From NCBI GenBank assembly GCA_905178155.1, contig CAJINV010000002.1, positions 10,210,146 through 10,274,145 of the forward strand: a stretch of 64,000 bases of DNA, in the 5' to 3' direction. The translations under genes and the position numbers were made by a program. Origin of the DNA: Amoebophrya sp. A120. Taxonomy: Eukaryota; Protista; Dinoflagellata. Below, one piece after another: positions 35,701-48,416 of the stretch. Position 1 is the first letter of the stretch, and each line of letters starts with the position of its first letter. The notes under the pieces were generated by a model, which saw only the letters and a program-made list of their open reading frames with translations, was not told the origin of the DNA and made no database searches.

Positions 35701-38700
35701 TCTTTCAGATGCTGTGCGGTTTTCTTTTCCAAACTAGCCTCCCACTGCTCTCTCTTCTCCACCAGCAAAGCTCGCTCGACAATCAGCTCGTTCATGAGTT
35801 CCTGCTTCTCGTCGTTCAGCTGCTTCAGCTGCCGAATCAGCTGCTCCTCGGTTTTCCGCATCTGGTCGACCGTTTCCTTCGATTCGGAGGCGCGGAAATC
35901 GAGCTGCTTCTGCAGCTGCTGTTTCTCATCCTGCTCTGTCGCCAGTTTCGATTCCAGCTGCGTGTTTGTCGTTTGCTGCTTCAGCAGTTTCTTCTCCAGG
36001 TCGCTGATATTCGCTTCTTTCGCCTGCAACGTGGTTTGCAGCTCGGCGGTCTGCACGATTTGGTTTCGAATCAAACTTTTGTTTTTTCTCTTCTAGGGAG
36101 CACTTCTACAGGCTAGTAAAGGAAACGGGAAGCCAACCCTGCACTATGAAATACTAAGTCTCTTGCTCATCTTTCGCTACACATCAGCGAAATCGTTTCG
36201 TTCACAAGACACCAAGACACACACACCGACGTTCTTGGCATTCACTCGAATAGACAGATTTGAGATACACACTTTGCTTTCTTCCTACTGAAACCAGAAT
36301 CAGACACGGATATTATAAAACTTCAGTACTGTGGCAATTTGCGCCTCCAGCTTTTCCTTTTCGCAGACCATTTGCGCTTTAAGTTCGCTCACATTCAGTT
36401 CCACGCTTTCCTTCTCCTGTCTGACTTTCTCCATGATCCGCAGTCGCGTCTTTGCGACCCACTGGTGCGCAAACGTGTGTGCCTTCGCGATGGCTCTCTC
36501 TTTCCGCATTTTGATCATGATTTCCTGCACCTTTTTCACCTGCAGGTCCCGCTTGAACCGCTGTTTCGCCAGCAGCGTCCTCAGAAATGCCTGCAGCAAA
36601 ACCGCTGCCTTCAGTTTTCGCAAAAACTGCTTTCGCGCGAGACAGTGCCGCCAGAAGTTTTGCAGCTTCTTGATTGCGGTTTGCTTGAGTTCGGATTCTA
36701 GATCGCGGTTGTACGCTAGCTTCTTCAAAAACTTGCGCATGAGGTACTGAATTTTGGTCGCCTGTACCGACCGCTTGATCTGCTCCATGCGCCGCTTCGT
36801 TTCTTCGCGCTTTTGCTTTTGCCGCACCATCTCCTGTGCCTCGCGGAGGCCGTACACGTACTTTCGGGCGAGAACGCCGCGGACCAGTGCCTGGATCTTG
36901 TTCACCTTGAACCGCATGGAGAGGAAGTGTTTGCGGCATTTCCGCATCTTGCGGTAGGCGACGATAACTTTCTGCCCCCGGTCCTGCACTTTGAACGACA
37001 GCTGCCGGATCTGCTCGTACAAATTCTGCTTCAAGAAAACCAAGGATTTCCCGACGGCGTAGGGACAGACCTGTTTTGGAAACAATTTTTCTGGTCGAAG
37101 CAAGTGAATAAATCTTCCTGCGTGTCACGAGCGCTGAAAAATGAAAATCTTACGATCGGAAATCACGAAAAAGGACTCGTGGTATTGTTTGACGCGGCAA
37201 TCACGCCCGGAGACACCAATAGAAACTCGAGGCGCGTAAAACGCGACAACTTTTTTTTCTTTGCACTACTAGCGCTACTATCGCATAAAACTGAAGTTTA
37301 TTCCAGTAGGGCGAAAATAGCGACTCTGTAGGGCAGAAGCGTTTCGTGTCACAATGAATTCGTGAGTACCATTTAATGGCTACGACAGGATTCAGAACCA
37401 TCTGAAGAATGAACTTCGCATGTCTGAACGCGGCAATCACGCCCAGGGCAATGTAGTCAGAGACCCGAGGCGCGTAAATAACGCGACAATTTGCTTTTTG
37501 CACTACTAGCGCTACAATCGCATGAGAGAAAAAGCGAGAATAGCGACTCTGTAGGGCAGTGGGCTAATGTTTGTTCTCAAGAGATAGCTGACAGACTTTC
37601 AGAGGGTAGAAATGAAACGCGAAAGTGAACGCACTTATCTCCTGCTTGAATTAGAAACAGCGACAAGAACGTACCTCTCCGCCCTTCTGCGATTTGGATT
37701 TCTTCAGATTTCCCGGCGACGAGGTGATGGCGTGACCGCTACTATTTGTCCCGGAATTTCGATTTTTCATCATGCCTGTGCTATTCTTACCCGTCACTGC
37801 TCCCACACTTGCACTTCCCGTTCCCTTCATCAACTCCAGGCCACTGAATTCGTAGTGGTCCCCAATGTACGCCAGCAGCAGCTGCGACAGCTGATTCTGG
37901 TCCCGCAGCGTCTGCTTCAACGTGACGCGAATCTGTTTCCGCAGCTCCAAAGTGACCAGGCACCGAATCTGGCGCCAGAAATCCTCGTGCGACAAGCGGA
38001 TCGGATACCCGGCGCGCTGCGCTTCCACCACGGCCAGGACCCCCTGGTACCGCAGCTGTTCGCACACGAACTTCCTATCGTACTTGTCCGCCTTCTTCTC
38101 CAGGTTGGGCTTGATGCAGCGGATGAAGTGCGGCTCCGCGGCCGACAGGGTTTTGAGCAAATCGTCGAGCTGCTGTTTGAAAATGTGGCACAGCGTCGCC
38201 TGCTTCTTCCCGAACCGGGCGTTCCGGGACACGTCCAGCTGGGTTTTGTTACTGCCCCCGGTAGCGCTTTTATTAACATTCGTGCTACTGCCGGCGCCCC
38301 CGCTAGTACTGTCGTGGCTTTGGGGTTGGAACAGATTCCAGACGTACTTGTTCTGGCTGGTGGCCATGAGGTTCCAGACGTCCTGCGGGATCCCGTCCTT
38401 GTTTTTCTGCACGAACCCAGTGGAGGTGTAGTTCACCGGGCCGGCGTAGTGGTTCACGATGAAGCACTCCGGCTTGTGCTTGATCTCCCCGAAGTGGGCG
38501 TTCTTCTGCTCCTGGAGGAAGTTTTTCTTCAGCTTGTGCACAAAGCTGCGGTCGTTGCCGGTGGCCATCGAGCACTCGTCGTTCAGGACCGCAAAAATCC
38601 CGCTCCCGCGCTCCTCTATCAAATGTAAAAATGTCTGGGTCTGGAAGGTTGGAACTTGTCATGCAGATTTTACATGACCCGTGACGTCTGTGATGTATTC

Positions 38701-41700
38701 CCTAGCATCACAGATTTTCTGACTACGTCTTGATGCTTCTTCCGCATGACAAATGCACTCCCCGCGTAGCACCAACTGGACTCCTCTTGCTGGTCATGCA
38801 ATACAGATTTTTTTGGAATCCAAAGTTAGCATCACAAGTTCCAACTTTCCAGACCCAGACATTTTTACATTTGATACCTTCGATGAGCGCGCAACTGGCG
38901 GAGTTGTCCGGGAAGTCCAGGCTGCGCCAGTCGACGCCCTCGCGGTTGTACATCTTTGCCTCCTCCTGGAACACGTAGTTGTTGAAGTGCTTCTGCAGCC
39001 GCTCGTTGGCGTAATTGATGCACAGCTGCTCAAAGTGGTTGTCCTGGAAGCACTCGAAGCCGAAGATGTCCAGCACACCGATAAAAGTGGACACGGAGGG
39101 CACGTACCCGATGCTGCTGTTGGCCTGCTGCACCATCTTGTTGAACAGCAGCGAGTAAAAGTGCCGCGCAAAACTGTCCATGGTCTCCTTCGCCTTCTGG
39201 ACGCTGTTGCGCTTCGTGAACTGGTCGTTGGGCGTGACCACGTACTGGGAAGTGATCGCCGCCTCAAAGTCCTCCGCTTTCAGCCCCAAACACTTTTCCG
39301 CGATGTAGTCGCCGTGCTTCTTCGTTTCCTTCGAAAAGGAACTGTCGTCGGCCCCGCCTGTCGTGTGATGCTTTTGCTCCGTCCATAAACGAGAGGATAC
39401 AAATCGATTTTTTTGTTTATTGATCTCGTCGAGGTTATAAATTCTGAAAGGAAGATGGTATTCGTGGAGCATCATGTAAGCCATGTAAGTGGGAACTTTT
39501 GCATGCGTTCTTTGTTTCATCAGTCGAAAGATGGTGATTTTTTTCTCCGCAACCACGAACCTTGCGGACAAGGCGCATGTCAGCAAGAGGGTTAAATGTT
39601 TGTCCATCATTTTAAGGGAAGAACCTACTACTAGCTCCTTTCTCGATCATCTTACCTTGCCGACGGAAGTCGTTTACGGCGGAGCTCTTAGCGCGATCCA
39701 TCATGTGAAGTGTCTACATCTTTAGATCGCATCTTACATCTTGAACCTCGACAGCACAGATGTCAGTCGTGATCGTTCTCCAATTGCTGCGGATTTTTAT
39801 TCTTGTCCACGATGCCTAGCCAGCGAAATCGACTTTCTTCGAGCTCTTCATCACTTTGTGGTGACGCATCAACAGATCGGTTCTACTAGTACCTTCAAAC
39901 TCCACGAGCCCGAGGCGTAGAACTGCCCCAATGCAGCGCAGCAAATCTTCGAGCTCGCCTTGGTCGAGGCCGATCGTTTGCAGGGCAAACACCGTGTGCT
40001 CGAAGTCCACCAGGTCTGTGCTGCTGTAGCCCTCGTTCGAACTGGTCATGGCCTGCAGGTCAACCCCGACGAACGGCGTCAAATCGATTTCCCACGCTTG
40101 CGTGTCCGACGTGCAAATGTCCATGCCGCTGGCCAGCGCCCCGCTGTTGCCCCCGCTGGTGCTGTCCTGCAGCTGCGACAGCTTTTGTGGAAACTTGTAC
40201 ACGTGCTTGGTCGTGGTCGAGGCCTCTTCGGATTGTATCTCCACGGTTTCCGTCGCCGCCCGCGCGCACTGGTACATGATGTGAAACGTGCGCTCGCCCG
40301 GCATCTGCTTGGTCACGCGCACCTTCTCCAGTAGGTAGGTCAGGATGCGGGCGCCGCTCAGCCGCGTGTGGCGGAACTGCAGCTCGATGAACTTCCCGAA
40401 CCGGCTGCTGTTGTCGTTCCGGAGAGTCTTCGCGTTGCCGAAGGCTTCCAGCAGGGGGTTGGTCTGCAGCACCTGGTTGTCCACGTGCGAGCCCAGGCTC
40501 TGGACCGCGCGCCGCACCTTGTCCCAGTTCGTCTTTCGCCGGTTGCTGTTGTGGATCGAGTCCATCAACGTCGCGTTCTGCGTGATGTCCGAGGGCGGGA
40601 TGATGCCCGACTTGTTGTCCGGAATGGTGGGCAGCTGCTGCTGCACGGACCCCGCGATGGACATGGTGTGCAGCCCGCCGAAAAAGTTCCCGCTTGACGC
40701 CACGGTCGGCACGACGTTGCACTGCAACAAAGGGCCGGCCTGCACCAAGAACCGCATCACGTACTTGGTCGTCTCGGTCTTGCCGCTTCCCGACTCGCCA
40801 CTGATCAGAATCACCTGCGACTGTTTGTTGTCCAGGATGCCCTTGTAGGCACGCGCCGCCGTGGCGTAGGCAGACGGAACCCAGGCTGTTCAGTAGATGT
40901 TGATCGTCGATCAGGGAGGTGGTGCATGCATGACTTGATAACGATATTACCATTGAACGATATAATGAAGTCGTAGAAGTCGAAATGAAGTCAGTATTAC
41001 AGTTGATATATTCGCAGCAGTGTTTTCGCCGAAATTAGTAGCCGTAGGTGCGCAAAGAAAAAACTTCTTCTCGAGCAAAGCTATACGAAAAACTCGCCAC
41101 CGTCTTACCCTTCTTCGACATGCACGCCCGTATGTTGATGGGCCCGCCCCCACCGTTTCCGGCGTTCCCGGAGGTCAGATGGTGGTGCTTCAGGTCGCCG
41201 CAGCCCGCGGCCGATCCGGCCAGCATCGACTGCACGGAAGACAGGTCGTCCATCTTGATCGACACCCGTCCGCTGATATCGTAAGCAAAAATCCCTCCTC
41301 CCCATATTCAACAAAAGGTTTTTGATGCGCGACTTGTGTACACAAATCGACGTGCATTGCTGGTGGAAGCCAAAGGGACACACCTGCGCCCTAGTTTTCA
41401 CGCAGTGCAGTCGCTCCCTGTCATCCTGACGACTTAAGTCCTTCCACGCCAGACAGCACTCAAGTCCGCATCTCTACTTCCCAGGACACGTTGATGTGTG
41501 ATTACGAATCATGCTAGTAAAACAAGTTCTACTTTACCGAATATCATGGGGAAGAGGGTTTTTTCACTTCGATACCTGACCCGGGGCACGTCGGAGGACC
41601 CGTGCGAGCCCAGGTGCGATGGCTCCACCTCGACCACGTAGGGCTCGTAGGTCAGGTAGGAGTGCATCAGCTCGGGTGAGTACAGGTTCGGGATCTGCTT

Positions 41701-42108
41701 GAAGGGGTTCACCGCGAGCAGAATCGCACCCGTGAAGGTGTAGATCTGGTCATTGGCAAACCGTTCCTGCAGCACGTGCAGCAGCGCGGGCTCGTGCAGG
41801 TGCGACAAGTGCACCAGGTCCTCAATGTCGGACGAGTCAATGTCCCGCTGGGGCTCCTTCGGGTCAATGTTGCGCAGGTGGACGATCTCGTTTCGCTTCA
41901 AGACCCGCGGCTCGTCGCTCTTCTCCCCGATGCGAACGGACAGCGTGAGCTGCTGCTCACTCGCGGCGCCGCCGGAGACATTACTACCGCCTCCAGCCGC
42001 ACCTCCCGTAGAGGAGGTGTTTTCGCACACCTCGCCGGCAACCCAGACCTCCTCGGCGTCCGGAACCCAGACGAGGGTGCCCGGGGTCAGCTGGTCAATC
42101 ACGGTCAT
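29713..42108 (-). CDS. Myosin with SH3-like N-terminus, motor, IQ motifs, coiled coil, Ras/Rab-like domain and WD40 tail (alveolate myosin F / class XXII-like); multi-exon
   Basis: Motor motifs IYTFTGAILLAVNPFK, GESGSGKTE, LEAFGNAKTLRNDNSSRFGKF, VLDIFGFE, FEQLCINYANERLQ and PHFIRCIKPN; IQ repeats; Ras-like and WD40 segments fuse in frame after removing five TIR elements; ends LAIGDTRGHISFVRR...KDE*; some internal exons near 39400-39890 are unresolved. Confidence 0.88.
29770..30136. mobile_element. Family A introner-like element, 367 bp with a ~114-bp internal insert, TSD CGCGT
   Basis: TATCAAATGTAAAAATGTCTGGGTCTGGAAG...CTTCCAGACCCAGACACTTTTGCAATCCATA; perfect TSD. Confidence 0.9.
30894..31160. 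mobile_element. Family A introner-like element, 267 bp, TSD ACTGT
   Basis: Perfect 31-bp TIRs; removal gives DVHSNLCAKNEDE. Confidence 0.95.
33934..34213. mobile_element. Family B introner-like element, 280 bp, TSD CATAG
   Basis: TATTCTATGTAAAAACGTCCCCACCCC...GGGGTGGGGACGTTTTTACACAGGATA; removal gives VIAIYDFENQQSL; inverted homologue of 44691-44970. Confidence 0.93.
37192..37559. repeat. Imperfect direct duplication (~37192-37337 and ~37428-37559) inside a GT-AG myosin intron
   Basis: Blocks ACGCGGCAATCACGCCC, GAGGCGCGTAAA, TTTGCACTACTAGCGCTAC and ATAGCGACTCTGTAGGGCAG each occur twice in the same order. Confidence 0.85.
38617..38876. mobile_element. Family A introner-like element, 260 bp, degenerate TSD TCCTC/CCTTC
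   Basis: Family A TIRs; sits between ALIE and RGSGIFAVLNDEC of the myosin motor. Confidence 0.92.
41277..41574. mobile_element. Introner-like element, 298 bp, TSD GCTGA/CCTGA
   Basis: TATCGTAAGCAAAAATCCCTCCTCCCCAT versus (rc) TATCGAAGTGAAAAAACCCTCTTCCCCAT; removal gives VPRVSGRVSIKMDD. Confidence 0.85.
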
Positions 42109-42923
42109 GGTGATATGACTGCAACAGGGCTACTTACTGCGATGCCGCCGCGTGGCTGTTTTCAAGTAGTGGCAGTTGTGCACCAGCTGGTTCTGCAAAG
42201 CGTGCTGCACGTGGAGCAGGTGGAGGTATCGCCAGGTCGTTGCGCCTGTTGTTGTTCTTGGTTTTGTGGCATCTTGCGTACGAGCGCAGCTTCCTGCTAC
42301 TGTCTTTTCGGAAAGAAGCCCGACCTAAGACGTCGTCATGAACGCGAAGAACGACCCGTCTACGACGGACTGACACGGTTCTTTTGCCAACTTATTTCTA
42401 CCAGACCAACCACAACCAGTAGCAGACGGGAGAACCGGGCACAACTGAGTTAAATGTGGCGGCCACACCACACCAGGGTGACACAACGACTAGCCAGAAA
42501 TCTCTTCAAGTTTCTTGCAGCGATCTTGAGTGCGGTTCTCCTCGGAGCGACATGCAGCTCAGCTCGCAAAATAGGATCTACTGGGCAACAAGTTCGTGTT
42601 CTAGCTGCAGAAGCAGCAGTGGCGACGTGTAAAAATGTTTGCGAGAGAACACCGACGAGAAGTGTATTGTCTCTCGTTTGATCACTACTTCGAGTTTTCG
42701 CCAAACGCGACATTGACGTTCAGGTCAGAATGAAATGGGCGACACGCTTTATCTTCATTGACACGAGCGTGGAAGTGTACCTTTATTGTGGGCTGCAGTG
42801 ATGAACAACGAACAGTCCAGATCTTCCTCCGCAGACGAATTTTCGCACTGTCTTTGGTAAAATAATTGCCATTATTTCTCATCTTGTTCCTAGCCTATGC
42901 AGGGCGTCTGAGTCTTTCTCTTT

Positions 42924-45327
42924 TCAGTACCTTCCTTGCGAATTATCCTGGGGTGGGGTTGTACTATCAATGTCCCCATCTGCTCCTCGCCTCCTGCAAG
43001 AACTGGGACAACATGCACAACAGCACCTTTCGAGTGCCGGAAACCTACGTAAACATCGCACCAACAAGGAATTTTGTATCCATCTTGGCCAGCTGTTGGG
43101 GGGCGGGCGGAGCCGCTTGTAGTCGGTGCACACGAGCAGCACGGTGGACAGGAAGGCGCACCCTGTGATGGCAAACCAGATCAGGTACATGGGCATAATG
43201 AAGGACTCGTCTCGATCTTCGACCACCGCGCTGAACACGTTGCTCACCGCCGAAAAGAGCCAAAGAAACACGCACAGCACGGGCCCCTTCTCGTTGAACC
43301 ACCGGCTGCTCGTCTCCACTTTCCTGCGTCCCGGGTACATCGCCTTTTTGAAGCACACGAACACGCCGAACAGGAAAATTGGCACCATGCGCCGACTATC
43401 CCGGGAAAAAGGAACCTCGCACCTCTAACAATTCCACGTTCGCCACTGCATCTAAGTACTCATCTGTTACTCTTGATAGTACTAGAAGATCCCTACTTGA
43501 TGCAGCAGCCTTCGATGATTTTGTTAATTGTTAATCGCGATTTGCATGATGTAAGCCCATGACGAAATGTTGCCTGCGTGAGGACAAAAATACTTACTTA
43601 TTATAGAAAGCATGGTTTGAGCGGTTGGTCACTGTATGTAATGCATTGTGAATGAGGGCGAGGTTCTTTCACAGCTGCGTAGACACTTGCATCGGAGGGG
43701 TCCGTCAGCTGTGTGTGGTCTACGTAAAGGAACCAGTTTCCGAAGACGATCCAGGCGTGGAGAAAGCGGTCCGTCTGGCGCTCGAGGTTGCTCATGCAGG
43801 CCAGGAGCAGGTGGCAGAAGGAGACGGACAGCAGGTACAGGGTCATCGCGCGCCACTGGTACACGTCCAATCCGTACAGCTTTCGGTGCGTCAGGTCGTG
43901 CAGCGCCCGGCGCGCGTCCAGATCTCTCTGCCCGGGGTTACGGGAATACAGATCCTCAATGTAGTAGGCCGTGTCGTTTGCGATGTCATACTTGATGCTC
44001 GCAATCGTGCAGAGCAGCATCGGCGTATCAGGGTGCACAATTTTTCCCCAAATCCCCTTCTTGTTCAAACTCGAAAGAGGAACTATGATTATCAATCACA
44101 ATATGAGGCACGGAAAATAACCGTACTGTTTTGTTGATAGATACCACTACAGGCTCTACGGGAATAGAAGTGCGGTTACGTAAAAAACGCAGCAGAAGGG
44201 AGAGTTGAAAAATGGCCAAAAAGTCAGGTGGGGGGGTTGTGCACGCTGATACAAAGAAGAAAACCCGAAGGCGAACGTGAAGACATGCTCCCACCTATCA
44301 TATTGAGAGGCGCCCCCCCGCTCCAAGAAGTTGTTGTTTTGTACTATTTGATGTATGCGCCGCTTTTTGCTTTATTATTATATATCCAGCCTTGACATGC
44401 TCGACGTCACCTTTACTTTATGTCGTTCTCTTTTTCCAAGATAATGCAGTGAAATCTTGCAAGAGTTGTGTTGCTGATACAAACTCTCACGTTCAAGTGC
44501 CACATGCTTCATTTGTGTTTCATGTTTATCCAAATCAATCGCGAAGCTTTACGAATACAAAGATAGATCGACATCCCATTCTTGGGGCGGTAGGGACGCA
44601 TTTCATCTGGATACCACCCGTAGCCGCGCCGCAGGTAGACTCCGGCCTGCCCAAAGTAGGGACAATGCGCAAGGATGATGAGCAGCATGTTATCCTGAGT
44701 AAAAACGTACCCACACCAGAGTTGTAATGCAAATCTGCATGCTGAAAATGTTTCTCATGCGGAGCCCCATGAGAAGCATTTTCTAGTCGTGTTTTGCAAT
44801 TTGTCATGCTCCAATCAGCATGGTATGCTAGATCTGTGATGCTGCTGAGCTAGCTCAAACAGCACTACACTACGAATCCAAATTTGTCATGCAAAACAGC
44901 CAAAACTTGTGGATTTGTCTAGCCGATTCCCCATCTTGACTATGGTGTGGGTACGTTTTTACTCAGGATACATGTTAAACCAGAACAAACCCTCCGTTAC
45001 CAAATGTAAAAATGTCTGGGTCTGGAAGAATGCAACTTGTAATGCGTATTTCAGAACACAGAAAAGTCTCTCATGCATACGCAGCAAAAGCTCCCACTTT
45101 TTGCCAGCAAAATAGGGGACCTGTCATGCGGATTCGGCATTGCGGAAGGTTCTCGAAACCTGTGATGCTAGAGCTTCCATGCCAGACCTTCTGTGTCATG
45201 CAAAAACAGCATGACTCTTCCAGACCCAGACATTTTTACATTTGATATCCGTCGGACCGGAACCATTTTCGGCTTCGGTTTTCGGTGCGGTTTTATGCGC
45301 ACAGAGAGGGAACTCAACAAGCATCAT
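42924..45327 (-). CDS. Multi-exon multi-pass membrane protein (weakly TMEM8/DUF3522-like); boundaries approximate
   Basis: Removing the two elements gives PTEGLFWFNMLLIILAHCPYFGQAGVYLRRGYG; further hydrophobic exons at ~43690-44050 and ~43000-43420. Confidence 0.55.
44691..44970. mobile_element. Family B introner-like element, 280 bp, TSD CATGT
   Basis: Perfect TIR TATCCTGAGTAAAAACGTACCCACACCA; perfect TSD. Confidence 0.95.
44998..45247. mobile_element. Family A introner-like element, 250 bp, TSD TCCGT
   Basis: TACCAAATGTAAAAATGTCTGGGTCTGGAAG...CATTTTTACATTTGATA; perfect TSD. Confidence 0.93.
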
Positions 45328-46471
45328 CTTGAAAAGAGTTTCAATTTCAACCGCTTCGACATAAAAGTGGAGAACGAGTCATCGAGCGCAATAATGCAGA
45401 TGAGGAAAGAAACGAAAAAAACCCGATACAGCGAGAAAACGGCCATGTGTTGATGTAGTCACACAGAATTAGCCTTATTGCTACCAGTTAAGCGTCAGAC
45501 AAGGTTGCGTAATGCAGGGCGTAACAAGGAAGTAAAGTCGCTATGCTGTGCCAATGTTCTAAATAGTCAGATGCAGGACTACGAATGGGTACTGTTTTGA
45601 TATCGAAAGGAAGGAGAAAAAAGTTGCTTCGCAGGCATCATTGTTCTTTACGACGTCAGGATCCTAGGCATATTTCATTCCGGTTGCTATACCATACGAA
45701 AAAAACTTTCACTCACGCTCCTGTTTCTCTCTACAAATGTGGAGCAAGACTGTGCTATGTACTACTTTCTCAGACAGCGGATCCAGATGCACGACATCCA
45801 CGAATACTTACTGACCGATACTTACACGGCGGGTGCAATCGCGAGAGCCAACTGCTGCCCCTTCCGCTGAATGGTTTGAAGAAGCATGAGAACACATTGT
45901 TTCGTGAACTGCTGGAACACTTCCCATGACGAGCACTGCGTGTCCAATGGCCGGCGTGAAGATAGAAGGCAAGAAAACTGAAACATCAGGTAAAGCAAAG
46001 AAATTATGTTCAGAATCGATCCTGGGTGACTTCTAGGTCTCCAGATCAAGGTGAGATCTGTGTATGTGGGTGTCTTGTTGATGGTGCAAAATTATATGTA
46101 AATGTATGTAAACTCAAGTATGGGTTGCATGTGGGTAGTCCTTGCTGCATGATGATTTATGCGACTTTTGAAATCGGTGAACGGGAAAGGTGCGTGACGG
46201 AAAGAAGTTACGACAGGGTACGTCTGTGATGCGAGTTTAAGCTGCTAAAAATCTTGTAGAATGATAGATGCGGTTGTTCAAAAGAAAAAAGGTGATGTTT
46301 AGTTCGATTCCATGATACTACGTTGATGTTGAACTACTCCATGAACTATGTATTGTGTAGCGCTGCATTCACTACAGGGTTATTCTGCGTAGAGCACTCA
46401 TGTGGTTCATCATCTTCACGAGGCGGCTTCCGAACTTTTTCCGAAAAAAAACCCTTCATCGACATATACTT

Positions 46472-47353
46472 TTACACTTCTGCAACCACCGGCGTGGGGG
46501 GCTTCATCGAGTCGGCAAAGTGCGTCACCAGGGAGTGGCTGCGCTTCAAGGCGGCGTCGCGCTCGAGAATGAGATCCCGATCCTTGCGAAACATCGTGCT
46601 CGCGATGAAGTGCAGCTCCGATTTCGTGGAATGGTGCGCGTTTTTGCAGTATTGGTACCTGTTTTGGAATCGTGCGAACTCGGTCTGAGTACACTTAGCT
46701 ACTTTCCATCTAATGAATTGATAAATCATTGGTCTCTGTCTCACTTTTGCTTGCTCTTTTCATGGTCCGCCATACTAGTTTGGCTTCGCAATAATTCGAT
46801 GTTCTATAGCAAACTGTAGTTTTTTCACTTTATAGTAATTGTAGTTTATGAAAAAAAGACATGAATACGGTTTTGCGTCGGCCTCGACCTGTCGTCCGAG
46901 CGCGTCCGTGTATTTCCCGCCTAGCACGGAGTGGAAGGTGATCGGGCGCTGCTTGACCTCCTTCGGTTTCTCCGCGACCAGCACGTCGTCGCGCAGCTTC
47001 TCGGCCAAATCAAAGACCCCGGACAGGTCCACGGGGTCGTTCTTGCGGCCGTACCGCTTCAGCGCCACCTGGTCGGCCTCGTCGAACACCTCCTTCAGGG
47101 CCTCGCCCTTGTAGTAGTACCGCTTCCAGTACTGCGGCGGGTTGGTCAGCGAGCACACATTGGAGCTGTCGTTGCCGCAGGGGCGGCCCACATACAGCTC
47201 CCCCTGGAACCCGAGGAACCGGCGGTCGCGGGCCTGCACGAACGCCGAAAAGTCCACGGTCCCCGGATGAATCTTCGCGGCAATTCGCTCGTACTCTGCC
47301 ATGCGGGAACGCATGGCCGTGCCCTTCTTCTCAAACTGCGGATCAACGGACAT
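46472..47353 (-). CDS. Hypothetical protein, at least two exons; may extend to ~45800
   Basis: ORFs 46775-47353 and 46472-46744 with strongly GC3-biased codons; junction unresolved. Confidence 0.55.
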
Positions 47354-48416
47354 TTTGATTTAAGTACTTGTTCTTTTCGCGAGATTACTGCAAGTGGCGG
47401 AGCTGTGCGACGGTTTTTTTTTGTCCCGCAACACTTATCTCGTCGTACTGCGAGCGCTGATGTTTAAGTCTTCACAGGGGAGCGTGAGGTAGTATCAAAC
47501 TCGGCTGCGCGGCGCTGTAGGGCCTTCTTCTTGGCGGGGGTGCTTACGTCTAGCTTTGAAAAAGAACTGTCTGGAGTTGATAAGATGTGGAAGAGGATCA
47601 TGATACAGGCTATTGATTGTGTACGCAGGAAGCAAGTCTAATTCCGCAAGCCGTAGGCTTGCTCCGTGCTTCTTTAATTCTTTCTTTTGCAGAATTGCTC
47701 TTTCGTGCGTGGTACGAAAATGGGTATGAACATTGGACGAAACACACCGATCAACTTTTCGATGAATGATTGGACGACACGAATGCCATTTTCATCACTA
47801 GGAAGGGTATTGCTGAGCTCTATCACCTCGAGGCTCTGGCACGGACGACGCACATAATGGTCGCTGATGAAACCAACATCAAGTAGAAGGACGATTACAC
47901 ACAAAACCTGACAGAATTCAATTTCAACACTTGCGCGTCACGGGAAGCGCATATCAACCAAGTACCAGGGCATCCGCATCGCTTCCAACTGATACCTTCA
48001 TAATAGAAATAAGTACAAATACTTGGGCGGATTGCGCTACGATTAACATTCAATTTCAATCGGAAATGGGAGGAAATCCCTCAAGAAGTGGACAAAACGA
48101 AAACCCACGCGCAGGACTTCGGCGGGCCCAAATCTTGGGCTGTCTTTTCGATTTTCCACCGCATAACCAAGCAGTGGCCGTGAAGGTAGCTCTCCACCTC
48201 CCTTCTACCGCGTTTATTCGGTCCCTGCTTCCACCGTGGCAGCCCACACACAAGGTGGGGTCCGGTCGTGGTAATCCCAACCCGCGAGTTCTCTGGGCTC
48301 GGCCTTCCGCGCTGCTGCCACGCGTGGGGCAGCTTTTCGAGCGGGAATCCAGTTCCCCGGGCAGGCGCCGCCTCTACTATAATCTTGCCCGCACCGCCAT
48401 GGCAAGCACCGCGCTC

